Below, one piece after another: positions 28,474 to 38,272 of a DNA stretch of 64,000 nucleotides. Below the pieces are notes generated by a model that was not told the DNA's origin, made no database searches, and was given only the letters and a program-made list of their open reading frames with translations. Numbering within the stretch: the stretch's first letter is position 1; every line of letters begins with the position of its first letter. Origin of the DNA: Spirochaetia bacterium (GTDB lineage: Bacteria; Spirochaetota; Spirochaetia; SZUA-6; Bin103); contig CBDATQ010000001.1 in the NCBI GenBank assembly GCA_965199955.1, positions 320,001 to 384,000 of the forward strand. Reading direction: 5' to 3'. The translations under genes were made by a program, and so were the position numbers.

Positions 28474-29385
28474 ATGCCGGAGCTGCCGGATCTCCTGCTC
28501 TACCGCGATCATGTGCTGCGTCGCGTGGCGGGCGAGCGACTGCAGCGGGTGACGGTCGCCAGCCCCAGCCTCCTCAAAACCCACGACCCTCCGCTGGCCG
28601 CTGCCTGCGGCGCACGCGTCGAGTCGATCGAGCTGATCGGCAAGCGAATCGTCTTCGGCCTGGAGGGGGATCTGCACCTGGTCCTCCACCTGATGATCGC
28701 CGGGCGCCTGCGCTGGAAGGAGGGGGCATCCGCCGCGCCGATCCCGCGGCGCGTGGGGCTTGCGGCGTTCCGCTTCGACGCGGGCTCCCTGATCCTCACC
28801 GAGCAGGGGTCCAAACGACGCGCGGCGCTTCATCTGCTGCGCGGAGCGCCCGCGCTGCGCGTGCTGGACCGGGGCGGCATCGACGTACTGGCCGCCGACG
28901 AGCCCGCGTTTCGCCAGGCGCTCCTCGCGGAGAACCACACCGTCAAACGGGCGCTCACCGATCCGCGGCTCTGTTCCGGGATCGGCAACGCCTACTCCGA
29001 CGAGATCCTGCACGCCGCGGGGCTGTCGCCGCTGAAGTGGACCAGCCGGCTCACGGACGAGGAGCTCGGACGGCTGCATGCCGCGACGCGTCAGGTGCTG
29101 ACCCTCTGGATCGGGCGCCTGCGCGAGCAGGCCGGTGACCGCTTCCCGGAGCGGGTCACGGCGTTCCGTCCGGAGATGGCCGTGCACGGCAAGTACGGCC
29201 AGCCGTGTCCACGCTGCGCCACGCCCGTTCAGCGCATCGTCTACGCCGACAACGAGTGCAACTACTGCCCGGAGTGCCAGACCGGCGGCAAGCTGCTGGC
29301 GGACCGCGCGCTGTCGCGGCTGCTCAAGGGAGACTGGCCGCGCAGCCTGCAGGAGCTGGACGAGCTGCGCACGCCACGCCAGTAG
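28474..29385 (+). CDS. Fpg/Nei family DNA glycosylase/AP lyase
   Basis: MPELPD, GK, HLM..G, GIGNAYSDEIL, Zn finger CPRC..CPECQ. Confidence 0.92.
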   Translation: MPELPDLLLYRDHVLRRVAGERLQRVTVASPSLLKTHDPPLAAACGARVESIELIGKRIVFGLEGDLHLVLHLMIAGRLRWKEGASAAPIPRRVGLAAFRFDAGSLILTEQGSKRRAALHLLRGAPALRVLDRGGIDVLAADEPAFRQALLAENHTVKRALTDPRLCSGIGNAYSDEILHAAGLSPLKWTSRLTDEELGRLHAATRQVLTLWIGRLREQAGDRFPERVTAFRPEMAVHGKYGQPCPRCATPVQRIVYADNECNYCPECQTGGKLLADRALSRLLKGDWPRSLQELDELRTPRQ

Positions 29386-29419
29386 CCGCGGGCCGCCGTG
29401 AGGCGCACATTAACATTGC

Positions 29420-30091
29420 ATGAAAAGACCCATCCTGATCGTCATCATCGCCGTGGCGGGCGCCGCCGTGCTGGCGGCCGGCTGGTACCTGGGCTCGCCC
29501 CTGTTCATCAATCGCACCGTCTCCGAGGCGTTCCCGGTGGAGTTGCCGAGCGCCGACGACATGGACGACATGCCGGCCGCGGAGATCGAGGCAAAACGAC
29601 GCGAGGCGCTGGCCAACCTGCCGCAGGGCGAAGCGTGGGAGGATCTGTCCGACCGAGCGCAGCAGGAGATCCAGGACCGGGTCATGGATTTCGCCGGCGC
29701 CATGCCCGATTCCGACATGGATGACGCGATGCCGGGCGGCGCATCCCCGGAGCGCCTGGTGCAGGGTACCTTCATGGACGCCGACCGCTTCCACAAGGGC
29801 TCCGGCCGCGCGCTCATCTACCGGTTGGCCGACGGGGAGTTGCTGCTCCGCTTCGAGGAGTTCCGCGTCACCAACGGGCCGGACCTGCACGTGCTGCTGG
29901 CCGAGAACGCGGAGCCGAAACGGCGCGACGAGTTGGGCGACTACATCGATCTGGGCTCGCTCAAGGGCAACGTCGGCAGTCAGAACTACACGCTCGACGC
30001 CGGCACCGACGTCAGCAAGTACGGCAGCGTGGTCATCTACTGCATGCCGTTCCACGTGGTGTTCGCGACCGCGGCGCTTTCCGCCGAGTAG
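29420..30091 (+). CDS. Membrane-anchored DM13 domain protein
   Basis: H.GSG, NGPDLHVLL, LG.LKGN.G.QNY, VVIYC..F...F. Confidence 0.88.
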   Translation: MKRPILIVIIAVAGAAVLAAGWYLGSPLFINRTVSEAFPVELPSADDMDDMPAAEIEAKRREALANLPQGEAWEDLSDRAQQEIQDRVMDFAGAMPDSDMDDAMPGGASPERLVQGTFMDADRFHKGSGRALIYRLADGELLLRFEEFRVTNGPDLHVLLAENAEPKRRDELGDYIDLGSLKGNVGSQNYTLDAGTDVSKYGSVVIYCMPFHVVFATAALSAE

Positions 30092-30095
30092 CGCC

Positions 30096-30129
30096 CCAGG
30101 AAGACGGAGCCGCGGCTCCGCCTTCCTGG
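30096..30129. terminator. GC-rich hairpin between convergent genes
   Basis: CCAGGAAGACGGAGC-CGCG-GCTCCGCCTTCCTGG. Confidence 0.55.
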
Positions 30130-30189
30130 CCCATCCCCTCCTCTGGCTCCGCGGGAGACCTGGCTGATCTGCCGTCCTGCGCACTCAAC

Positions 30190-30840
30190 TCACCGCGCCC
30201 GCTCCTCGAAGAGCACGGCCGCCTCGACCTCGCCTGCGTCAAGACCCAGGCGTGCGCAGGCAGCCGCCACGCTGCGCCCATGGTCCACGAACGCGGCATG
30301 TACCTCGGCGGTCGGCACGGCGCGGCCGTCGATCGCGGGTTGCCCTTCCGCCACGCATGGGTCGATCACGACGAGGCCGTCCGTCCCGCACGGGTACCAG
30401 CGTTCGGCAGATCCCGTCCCGTCATCGAAGTCCAGGCTGCCGGCGATGTCCAGGATGTCTTCGGCGGCCACCCACCGCCCGTCCGAGAGCAGCCTCAGAA
30501 GGGCATCGCCGTAGGTGCGCGTGCGCACGAAGACGCCGTGGCCGTCGGTGAAGAACTCGCGCGACGCGTAGTGGTCGGCGCCGAGCAGATGGCCCGCTTC
30601 ATCCAGCGCCGCGCGGAGCTGGCGCAACCTCAGTCCGCGCGCAAGGAACGGCGCGATGAACAGGAGGTCGATCAGGTCCAGGAACGACGCACGGGTGCGC
30701 GCCTGCCTGGACGCTCCCATGCGCAGCCAGCGCCGGACATGAGACGCCTTCAGCCCCGTCCAGCGTCCGACCTCCGCGGCCTCGTGGACCGCGGCCCTCC
30801 AGGGATCCGCCGCTTGGTCAGCCACGCCGCTACGGGGCAT
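30190..30840 (-). CDS. HTH + DUF433 antitoxin-like protein (start 30840 or GTG 30825)
   Basis: EAA..GL....RRW, SFLDLI, C-terminal VVIDP...GQP.I..EVEAAV.FE. Confidence 0.75.
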   Translation of the reverse strand: MPRSGVADQAADPWRAAVHEAAEVGRWTGLKASHVRRWLRMGASRQARTRASFLDLIDLLFIAPFLARGLRLRQLRAALDEAGHLLGADHYASREFFTDGHGVFVRTRTYGDALLRLLSDGRWVAAEDILDIAGSLDFDDGTGSAERWYPCGTDGLVVIDPCVAEGQPAIDGRAVPTAEVHAAFVDHGRSVAAACARLGLDAGEVEAAVLFEERAR

Positions 30841-30899
30841 TATAGCCGGGGTCGCCGTCTGCCTTGAAGCATGGGCGACGATTGGCCGAGGTCAAGGTT

Positions 30900-32321
30900 T
30901 TGAAGCCATTGCTTTCCGCCGTGTCACGTCCGTCGTCGGTGATCGCCGCCGCGGCCCTGCTCTGGGGGTGCGCCGGGTTCTCGGACATCCAGGAGACCCG
31001 AACGTTCCTCGAAAGTTACGCCGTCGGCGAGTATGACGCCGCAAGCGCCGCGGTCGGCGGTGCTACCGGGCTGGACTACCCGGAGGGGCAACTCCTGAGC
31101 TCGCTGCACACCGCCATGGCGCTGCGCGCGGCGGGCAGGTTCGAAGCATCGCAGGTCGCGTTCGACCGGGCCGAGTCACAGCTCCTGTGGAAGTCCGACT
31201 CCATCGCCAGCGTCGAGGACCTGCTGGCGGCCGGCCTGACCCTGGTGGGCAACGACCTCATGGTGTCTTACCAGGGGACGATCCACGAGGGTGTGCTGGT
31301 GAATACCTACAAGGCCACCAACGCGCTGATGATCGGCGACACGGCGCGCGCCCGCGTGGAGCTCAACCGCGCCCACCAGCGGCAGGCGAACGCGGTCGAT
31401 CAGCTTGGAGCCAAGGTTCGGGCGCTGCGCGCCGGGCAAGAGGACGAGGACGAGCACCGCGAGAACATCGACCGGTCGCTGGATGCGGCGATGGAAACCG
31501 ACGGAGCGGTCGCCCGTCGTCTCAAGGCGGTCGAGTCGCTCGGCGAGTACCGGGATCTGCGCAATCCATTCACCGACTGGCTGCACGGCGTGTTCCGGCT
31601 CGCGACCGGCGAGGCCAACCGTGCATCCGACCTGCTCCGCAACGCCGCCGCCCTGGACGGCGCCCGCAACCGCCACGTCGTCGCCGACCTGACTGTCGCG
31701 GAGCGAGCCGCAAGCGGCGCGGCCGCGGCCGGTGACCGCGTGTGGGTCGTACACGAGGACGGCACCGGACCCTACCTCGACCAGTTCCGGTTCGACCTGC
31801 CGGTGTTCCTCTCCGAGGAGAGTTTCATCATCGTCTCCATGGCGCTGCCCGAGCTGCGCCCGGGCAGGACGGCGGCGGGTCCGTTGCTGATCAGCGCCGG
31901 CGGAGAGGAACACCGGACCGAGACACTCCTGAACGTCGACCGCTACGCCGCCACGGAGTTCCGCGCCGGGTACGACGGCGTCGTCGCCAAGGCGGTAGCC
32001 GGCACCGTGGTCCGCACCATCCTTCAGGTTGTGATCCAGGAGGAGACCAGGGACGCCGGCACGCTGGGATCGATCGTCGGGTTCGTCACGCCGATCGCCT
32101 CCGCAGTCGCCACCCAGGCCGACATCCGAAGCTGGCGCGCGCTGCCGCAGTCGATCGGAATCGCCAGCCTGCCGCGGCCTTCCGACGGCACGATCCGGGT
32201 GTCCGCCGGCAGTCACACGGTGGACGTGCCGCTGCCGAGCGGACGGTTCGTGCTGGTCCAGGTCAAGACAATCGTCCGCGGCGCGCCCCCAACCGTGCAT
32301 GCGGCTGCGTTCGGAGGCTGA
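30900..32321 (+). CDS. COG3014-like TPR lipoprotein (start 30864 or 30900)
   Basis: Lipobox LLWGC; Y.G...E..L.N.YKA, ARVE.NRA, ADIRSWRALP. Confidence 0.78.
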   Translation: MKPLLSAVSRPSSVIAAAALLWGCAGFSDIQETRTFLESYAVGEYDAASAAVGGATGLDYPEGQLLSSLHTAMALRAAGRFEASQVAFDRAESQLLWKSDSIASVEDLLAAGLTLVGNDLMVSYQGTIHEGVLVNTYKATNALMIGDTARARVELNRAHQRQANAVDQLGAKVRALRAGQEDEDEHRENIDRSLDAAMETDGAVARRLKAVESLGEYRDLRNPFTDWLHGVFRLATGEANRASDLLRNAAALDGARNRHVVADLTVAERAASGAAAAGDRVWVVHEDGTGPYLDQFRFDLPVFLSEESFIIVSMALPELRPGRTAAGPLLISAGGEEHRTETLLNVDRYAATEFRAGYDGVVAKAVAGTVVRTILQVVIQEETRDAGTLGSIVGFVTPIASAVATQADIRSWRALPQSIGIASLPRPSDGTIRVSAGSHTVDVPLPSGRFVLVQVKTIVRGAPPTVHAAAFGG

Positions 32322-32334
32322 ATTCGCCGACAAT

Positions 32335-32365
32335 GGGATTATATTGGAGAGGGACTATATTGGAG
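32335..32365 (+). repeat. Tandem 15-bp direct repeat overlapping the lpoB ribosome-binding site
   Basis: GGGATTATATTGGAG (32335-32349) and GGGACTATATTGGAG (32351-32365). Confidence 0.6.
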
Positions 32366-32373
32366 GCATGCAG

Positions 32374-33024
32374 ATGAAATCGCTCGTCCAGTTCGCCGTG
32401 GGCGCCTGCGCGGCGCTCGCCCTGCTGATCGGTTGCGCTTCGCAGGACCCGGTGTACCTCGATCTGCGTCAGGCCAACGAGCCGCAGCCCAATCGGCCTC
32501 AGGTCGGCGAGCGGACCACGCTCGGCCTTGACTACCGTGACTTCGAGTTCGCTGCCGAGCAGGCGGTAGCCTCGTTCCTGGACAGTCCCCTGTCGGTCAA
32601 GCCGGGCAGCGACGCGCCGTGGGTGATGGCGGTCAGCCGCATGGTCAACGACACGGCGCTCGACATCGATACCGATCAGCTCGTCAAGAAGATCAGGATC
32701 GACCTTCTGGAGAGCGGCCGGGTCATCGCCACCACCGCCGTGGGGGTGGACGATCCCGAGGATCCGTTGATCGCCAAGGTTCGGGAGCTGCAGAAAAACA
32801 AGCTGTTCAACCAGGACACCGTCGCCAAGGACGGCACCGTGGTGGCTCCCGACCTGAGCCTGTCGGGCAAGATCATCCAGCGCACCAACCGCGTCGGCGA
32901 CGCCCAGCAGGTCGATTACTATTTCCAGCTCACCGCCACCAACATCGAGACCGGTCTGGCGTACTGGGAGTTCGAGCAGGTGATCGTCAAGCTGGGCAGC
33001 AACCAGAGATTCTCCTGGCAGTAG
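32374..33024 (+). CDS. lpoB: Penicillin-binding protein activator LpoB-like lipoprotein
   Basis: Lipobox LIGC; LDYRDF, NDT...IDTD.L, LSGKI, TG...W. Confidence 0.78.
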   Translation: MKSLVQFAVGACAALALLIGCASQDPVYLDLRQANEPQPNRPQVGERTTLGLDYRDFEFAAEQAVASFLDSPLSVKPGSDAPWVMAVSRMVNDTALDIDTDQLVKKIRIDLLESGRVIATTAVGVDDPEDPLIAKVRELQKNKLFNQDTVAKDGTVVAPDLSLSGKIIQRTNRVGDAQQVDYYFQLTATNIETGLAYWEFEQVIVKLGSNQRFSWQ

Positions 33025-33031
33025 GCGCCGG

Positions 33032-33511
33032 ATGCCGAAACGCACGGTCGCCGCCTCCGCGCTCGGGCTGATCGTGGCCTGCGCCGCGAGCGCGCAGCAC
33101 GCGCCGGCGCCGGGCGAAACGGACTGGCAGCGGCTGTTCGCCTCCGAAGATGTCGCGATCGCGATCCTGATCAGCCCGGACCGCCTCGATCCGGCGACGG
33201 GCACCGCACGGCTGCAGGTTCGGCTGCTCGACGTGGCGACGGGGGAGGTCACCTGGGCCGGTTCGTTCGCAGTGGAGCGGCTGCCACCGGATCGGCCGGC
33301 GCGGCGGACGGCAGAGTCCCCGCTCGATGAGCTCACCCGGCGGATCGTCGATGCCATGTCCGGGCACCTCCAGCCGATCGTCGTCCATGGCGACGGCGAC
33401 GGCGACGGCATACCCGACTACCTGAACCGCCGCGCGAATCCCGCCGACCACAACCGCGACGGCCTGCCCGACTATCTGAACCGGTACTTCCTGCAGCGGC
33501 GGCCGCTGTAG
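33032..33511 (+). CDS. Secreted hypothetical protein with two Dx[DN]xDG.PD Ca-binding-like motifs
   Basis: Signal peptide; VRLLDVATGEVTW; DGDGDGIPDYL, DHNRDGLPDYL. Confidence 0.6.
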   Translation: MPKRTVAASALGLIVACAASAQHAPAPGETDWQRLFASEDVAIAILISPDRLDPATGTARLQVRLLDVATGEVTWAGSFAVERLPPDRPARRTAESPLDELTRRIVDAMSGHLQPIVVHGDGDGDGIPDYLNRRANPADHNRDGLPDYLNRYFLQRRPL

Positions 33512-33526
33512 GAGCGCCTCCGCCGG

Positions 33527-34141
33527 TCAGCGCTTCAGGTCGCCGCGCTGCGCGGACGTTTCGACGAGCTCACGCGCCAGCTCCCACAGCCGCGGCGCGC
33601 CGTCGCCGATGGGGTGGTTCTTGTCGTACACCTGATCGACCGTGATGCCGTGCCGCCGCCAGGCGAATCCGTGGGTGCGGTGGTTGTGCAGCAGCGGCTG
33701 CAGGCGGTCGATCGCGTAGGCGAAGCGGGCTTCGGGCGTCAGCCGTTCCTCGAACTCGTCCCAGGCGGCGCGCAGCACCCCGGCCTGGTCGTCCGGCAGC
33801 AGCGCGAACAGCCGGTCGGCCGCCTGCCGTTCGCGCTCCTCCTTGGTCTCCCGTCCCGTGTCGTCGTAGATGTACGTGTCGCCCGCGTCGATCTCGACGA
33901 TGTCGTGCACGAGCACCATTCGCAGGACACGGGTCAAATCGAGGTCTTCTTCGGCGTATTCGGCCAACACCAGCGCGTACAGGGCCAGGTGCCAGGAGTG
34001 TTCGGCCGAGTTCTCCATCCGGCTGGCGTCAAGCAGCGCCGTCTGCCGCAGCACGCCTTTCAATTCGTCGATCGCGCACAGGAACTCGATCTGTTCGTGC
34101 AGACGCCGGGCGGCGGCATCGTGCGGCGAGGCCGGCGTCAC
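33527..34141 (-). CDS. HD-domain phosphohydrolase (HDDC2/YfbR-like)
   Basis: ENSAEHSWHL, HDIVEIDAGD, DRLQP; GTGA overlap with upstream gene. Confidence 0.9.
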   Translation of the reverse strand: MTPASPHDAAARRLHEQIEFLCAIDELKGVLRQTALLDASRMENSAEHSWHLALYALVLAEYAEEDLDLTRVLRMVLVHDIVEIDAGDTYIYDDTGRETKEERERQAADRLFALLPDDQAGVLRAAWDEFEERLTPEARFAYAIDRLQPLLHNHRTHGFAWRRHGITVDQVYDKNHPIGDGAPRLWELARELVETSAQRGDLKR

Positions 34142-36090
34142 CGGTCGACCGTCACGGCGACAGCCAGATGATCGGAGGCGGTGCTCATCGGCAGGGAGAA
34201 GTCCGTGACCGTGAGGTCCGGGCTCGTCCAGACGTAGTCGATGCGTTTCGAAAGCTCGTCGGTCGGCCAGGTGAAGCCGTCGCCGGGCGGCCCGGCGGCG
34301 ACGAATGCATCGACGAAGCCGGCGTCGGCGATCAGCACGATCTCGGGGTGATCGGGATGGGCGTTGAGGTCCCCAAGCAGCACCGTGTTGTGCGCCTCGA
34401 TCGTTTCGAGAATCGCACGCGCCTGCGGCATCCGATGCACGGAATCCTCCTCCTCGTGGTGGAAGTGGGTGGCGAGCACGGCCAGCACCTCGCCGCCGCC
34501 CACGTCGATCTCGATCGTCATGAAGCCGCGGTCCATGACGATGTCGTCGTTGTTGGGCATGAGGTGGTTGCTGGCCTGCCGGATCGGCAGGCGGCTCAGC
34601 ACGGCGTTCCCCCACACCGAGTCGGCCGCGGGCCCGAACGCGTAGGCCATGCCGAGGCGCCGCGACAGCCACACCAGCGTGTCGACCGAGCCGTTGATCA
34701 GCCAGCCTCGGGAGATCTCCTGCAGGGCGACGACGTCGGGGTCCTCGTCCTCGATGACCTGCGCGATCGCCTCCATGCCGTGGCGGCCGTACGCGTCGAA
34801 ACCCTGGTGAATGTTGTAGGTCATCACCCGCACCGGAAAGCCGGTGCCCGAGCCGGCTCGGACCTCGTTCCAGGTCGCGAGTTGCACGGCGGGCACTGCC
34901 AGCAGCAGCACGGCAGCGAGGGCAACGGAGCGGGGCACTCCCGCCGGCACCAGCGACCGGTTCATGCCGGCGCGCAGCGCCGCAAGCGCGACCAGCAGCG
35001 CGGCGAGCGGGCGGACCCCCTGCGGAACGGGAATCGCGATGTCGTACTGGGCGTAGTGGACGAACAGGAGCACCAACAGCGCCAGCATGCCAACGGTGGT
35101 CCATGCCGGCACGGCCCCTTCGCTCCGCCTGCCGGCCGAGCCGGCTGCGGGCCGCGCCGCCGAGACCATCAGCACCGCGCTCACGACATGACCCACCAAT
35201 ACCGCGATCGCCGCCAGGGGTCCCGTCCACGCCACGGCCACCGATGCGATCAATACGCCGCCCAGCAGCGCCAGCAGACTGCCGTGAAGCGCCACCCTGC
35301 GCCGGGCCAGCCACAGCGCCACCACCACCGCCGCCAGATTCGAGGTCAGGATCCAGGCGAGCACCAGCGGCTGCGGCCAGCCGGTGTTCACCGTCAGCCA
35401 CGCGACGTTCTGGAGCGTCAGGAACTGCAGCACCAGCGCCGGCCCGAAAACCAGGCAGCGGGCGCCCCAGGAGACTCGTGCTGCCGCGTGTGGTGCGTCC
35501 GCGAGCGCACGCGCCGGCGCCGCGAGCCCCAGCAGGATCCACTGCGCCGCTACCAGGCCCGCGGTGACCACGTGCGCCTCCCAGCCGCCCGCCCATGAGA
35601 GGTCGATCGTTCCGAACGCGCCCTTGACCGCCGTGTCGATCGACAGCGCCAGCAGGAGCGCAACCCCGACATGTGGTCCACTCTCGGCGGGGCCTGCGGC
35701 GAGGAGCGATCGCAGCATGAGCGGGAGCGCCCACAGGAAGATCACCGTGCCGGCGATCGACAGCGCCAGGTCCGCCGGCAGTGACGGCGAGAGTTGCTCG
35801 GCGACTCGCAGGAGACCGAGCCCTGCGAAGATCACGGGCGCGCCGGAACGGCCGAGCATACGATGCACGACCGGCGCCAGGAACCCGAGTCCGAACACGG
35901 CCAGGCCGATGACGCCCACCACCACCGAGCTCAGCTCGTTGATCTGCACCAGGTTGACGGACAGCGCCACCACCAGCAGGCGCAGGAACTGCAGCCCGAA
36001 TACGCACGTCAGCGCGCCGAGCAGCGTCGCGGCAAGCGACGACTGCCCGTCTCCGGATGCCGTTCGCTGCTGGCGATCCCGGGCGCTCAC
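34138..36090 (-). CDS. Polytopic membrane protein with C-terminal EEP phosphoesterase domain (CWH43/PGAP2IP-like architecture)
   Basis: Many TM segments; MTYNIHQG, ALQE, GNAVLS, THF, GDLNA, RIDY, SDHL. Confidence 0.85.
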   Translation of the reverse strand: MSARDRQQRTASGDGQSSLAATLLGALTCVFGLQFLRLLVVALSVNLVQINELSSVVVGVIGLAVFGLGFLAPVVHRMLGRSGAPVIFAGLGLLRVAEQLSPSLPADLALSIAGTVIFLWALPLMLRSLLAAGPAESGPHVGVALLLALSIDTAVKGAFGTIDLSWAGGWEAHVVTAGLVAAQWILLGLAAPARALADAPHAAARVSWGARCLVFGPALVLQFLTLQNVAWLTVNTGWPQPLVLAWILTSNLAAVVVALWLARRRVALHGSLLALLGGVLIASVAVAWTGPLAAIAVLVGHVVSAVLMVSAARPAAGSAGRRSEGAVPAWTTVGMLALLVLLFVHYAQYDIAIPVPQGVRPLAALLVALAALRAGMNRSLVPAGVPRSVALAAVLLLAVPAVQLATWNEVRAGSGTGFPVRVMTYNIHQGFDAYGRHGMEAIAQVIEDEDPDVVALQEISRGWLINGSVDTLVWLSRRLGMAYAFGPAADSVWGNAVLSRLPIRQASNHLMPNNDDIVMDRGFMTIEIDVGGGEVLAVLATHFHHEEEDSVHRMPQARAILETIEAHNTVLLGDLNAHPDHPEIVLIADAGFVDAFVAAGPPGDGFTWPTDELSKRIDYVWTSPDLTVTDFSLPMSTASDHLAVAVTVDR

Positions 36091-36143
36091 CCGGCTACCG
36101 TAGTGCGCGGCATCCGACCCGTCCACCGCGGTATGGTTGGTGC

Positions 36144-36785
36144 GTGGTCTCCCTGTTGCTGCGCGGCGACATCCTGCTGTTCGCCCTGATCACCATCGCC
36201 CTGATCGTGTCGCTGACGTTCCACGAGTACGCCCACGCCGCGGTCGCCAAGCTGTCCGGAGACCGCACCGCGGAGCTGGCCGGCCGGCTCACCCTCAACC
36301 CGCTGGCGCACATCGATCCGATGGGTCTGCTGATGGTGGTGCTGGTAGGCTTCGGCTACGCCAGGCCGGTGCCGGTGGACCCGCGCTACCTGCGGTCGCC
36401 GCGGGCCGACCTGTGGATCGCCGCCGCCGGCCCCGCCATGAACCTGCTGCTGGCGACGGTGGTCTGGAACGGCTTTCTGGCGCTGCGCGGCGCCGGTGTG
36501 GCCTTCGTCTTCCTGCCCGGACCGGAGACGTTCGTGGCGCTGCTCGTGCGCATCAACCTGATCCTGATGCTGTTCAACCTGATCCCGCTGGGCCCGCTCG
36601 ACGGTCACTGGATCCTTCCGCACCTGCTGCCGGAGGCGGCGGCGCGCTGGTACCGGTACTACAACGCCCGCTATGGCCAGTACGCGCTGTTCGGGCTGAT
36701 CCTGCTCAGCATCGCGGGCGTTCCCGTATTCCGCATTCTGATGACGATCGGCGCCAGGCTGGTGCGGCTGATCACCTTCGTGTAG
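36144..36785 (+). CDS. Site-2 protease (M50)
   Basis: HEYAH, AAGP..N, NLIPLGPLDG. Confidence 0.92.
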   Translation: MVSLLLRGDILLFALITIALIVSLTFHEYAHAAVAKLSGDRTAELAGRLTLNPLAHIDPMGLLMVVLVGFGYARPVPVDPRYLRSPRADLWIAAAGPAMNLLLATVVWNGFLALRGAGVAFVFLPGPETFVALLVRINLILMLFNLIPLGPLDGHWILPHLLPEAAARWYRYYNARYGQYALFGLILLSIAGVPVFRILMTIGARLVRLITFV

Positions 36786-36836
36786 CGTTGTTCCCGCCGG
36801 TGGGCTCGCAGGCGTAGTGGCAGTATATTGTCGGAT

Positions 36837-37592
36837 GTGACTGAACTTACCGAGCGCCGGATTGCGGTGCTCATCGATGGCGACAACGCGCAGCCCGGGC
36901 ACATCGGCGCCGTGCTCAAGGAAAGCGTCCGCTACGGCGTGGTGACCATCAAGCGCATCTACGCCGACTTCACCAACCGCCAGATGGAGGGCTGGAAGCG
37001 CCAGCTCTCTACCCACGCCATCCAGCCGATACAGCAGTTCCGCAACACCGTCGGCAAGAATGCCACCGACTCGGCGATGATCATCGACGCCATGGACATC
37101 CTGTTCGGGGGCGCCGTGGATGGCTTCGTGATCGTCTCCAGCGACAGCGACTACACACGCCTGGCCCTGCGCATCCGCGAGTCCGGCCGCATGGTCATCG
37201 GCATCGGCCGCGACCATACGCCGCGCTCGTTCGTCAATGCCTGCAACGAGTTCCGATTCGTTGAGAACCTCGCCATCGCGGAGGAGCGCAGCCGCCGGCG
37301 CACCGGCAGGAAGCAGCCGGTCACGGAGACCGAAGAGGCCGAACGCGGGTCGCTCGACCTGGTCACCGTGATCACGGATGCCCTGGAGATGGCGGAGGCC
37401 GACGACGACTGGGTCGACCTGGGGACGATCGCCAACAACCTCAAGAAGCTGTACCCGGACTTCGACCCCCGCACCTACGGCAACCGGCGTTTGTCCAAGC
37501 TGATCCAGAGCAATTCGGAGGCGTTTCGGATGCGGCGCGATCGCCAGAACAACAACGTCACGGTGCGTCTGGCGGCGGCCGACGCGGATTGA
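36837..37592 (+). CDS. NYN (LabA/DUF88) domain protein with C-terminal OST-HTH
   Basis: IDGDN, GKNATD, SSDSDY, FDPRTYG. Confidence 0.9.
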   Translation: MTELTERRIAVLIDGDNAQPGHIGAVLKESVRYGVVTIKRIYADFTNRQMEGWKRQLSTHAIQPIQQFRNTVGKNATDSAMIIDAMDILFGGAVDGFVIVSSDSDYTRLALRIRESGRMVIGIGRDHTPRSFVNACNEFRFVENLAIAEERSRRRTGRKQPVTETEEAERGSLDLVTVITDALEMAEADDDWVDLGTIANNLKKLYPDFDPRTYGNRRLSKLIQSNSEAFRMRRDRQNNNVTVRLAAADAD

Positions 37593-37599
37593 GCGGCGA

Positions 37600-37791
37600 T
37601 TCCCACCGCGGCCTGACCTGCGCGAGAGCGGGAGGATCGATGACCGGGAGATGCTGCGCGTGTTCAACTTGGGAGTAGGACTGGTGGCCGTCGTGCCGGA
37701 GGCGCTGGAGCGGGAGGCGGTCGGGTGCGCGGCCGCGGCGGGAGACGACGGCCCATCCGTGCGGTTCGGAGGCCGGCTGCGATGGCCGTGA
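37600..37791 (+). pseudogene. purM: C-terminal relic of AIR synthase
   Basis: Frame through 37621 reads SGRIDDREMLRVFNLGVGLVAVVP, matching PurM EMxRxFNxGxG; no N-terminal part. Confidence 0.65.
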
Positions 37792-38237
37792 CCATGGGCA
37801 CGCTGGCGGCGATCGCCACCCACCCCACCCCCGGTGCGCCGATGGTCGAGCACGAGGCGGCGGAGTTGCGGCCCGGCGTCGGCGTGGTCGGCGACGTGCC
37901 CGGCCGTTCGCCGGCGCGCGAGGTCACCGTGGTCGACCGCGACGCCTGGCAGTCGGCGTGCGCTGAGCTTGGTCAGGAGGTGCCGTGGACGGCGCGGCGC
38001 GCCAACCTGCTGGTCACGGGCCTCGACCTGCACGCCACCACCGGCTGCGAGCTGCGCATCGGCTCGGTCCGCCTGCGGGTCACCGGTGAGACGCAGCCGT
38101 GCGGGATCATGGACCGGCAACGCTCAGGCTTGCGGCGTGCCCTGGAGCCGGACTGGCGCGCCGGCGCCACCTGCACGGTGGTCGCCGGCGGCACGGTCGC
38201 GGTCGGCAACGCGGTGGAGCTGGTCCGGGGCGAATAG
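37782..38237 (+). CDS. MOSC domain protein
   Basis: GVVGD, REVTV, RRANL, TQPC..M, G.V.VG. Confidence 0.85.
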   Translation: MAVTMGTLAAIATHPTPGAPMVEHEAAELRPGVGVVGDVPGRSPAREVTVVDRDAWQSACAELGQEVPWTARRANLLVTGLDLHATTGCELRIGSVRLRVTGETQPCGIMDRQRSGLRRALEPDWRAGATCTVVAGGTVAVGNAVELVRGE

Positions 38238-38272
38238 CCGCGATACAGCCTCGACTCAGGAAGGCGAATACG

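Noticed and set aside
36837..37592. NYN protein as a defence toxin
   Set aside because: Common stand-alone NYN/OST-HTH architecture with host-like composition and no partner gene
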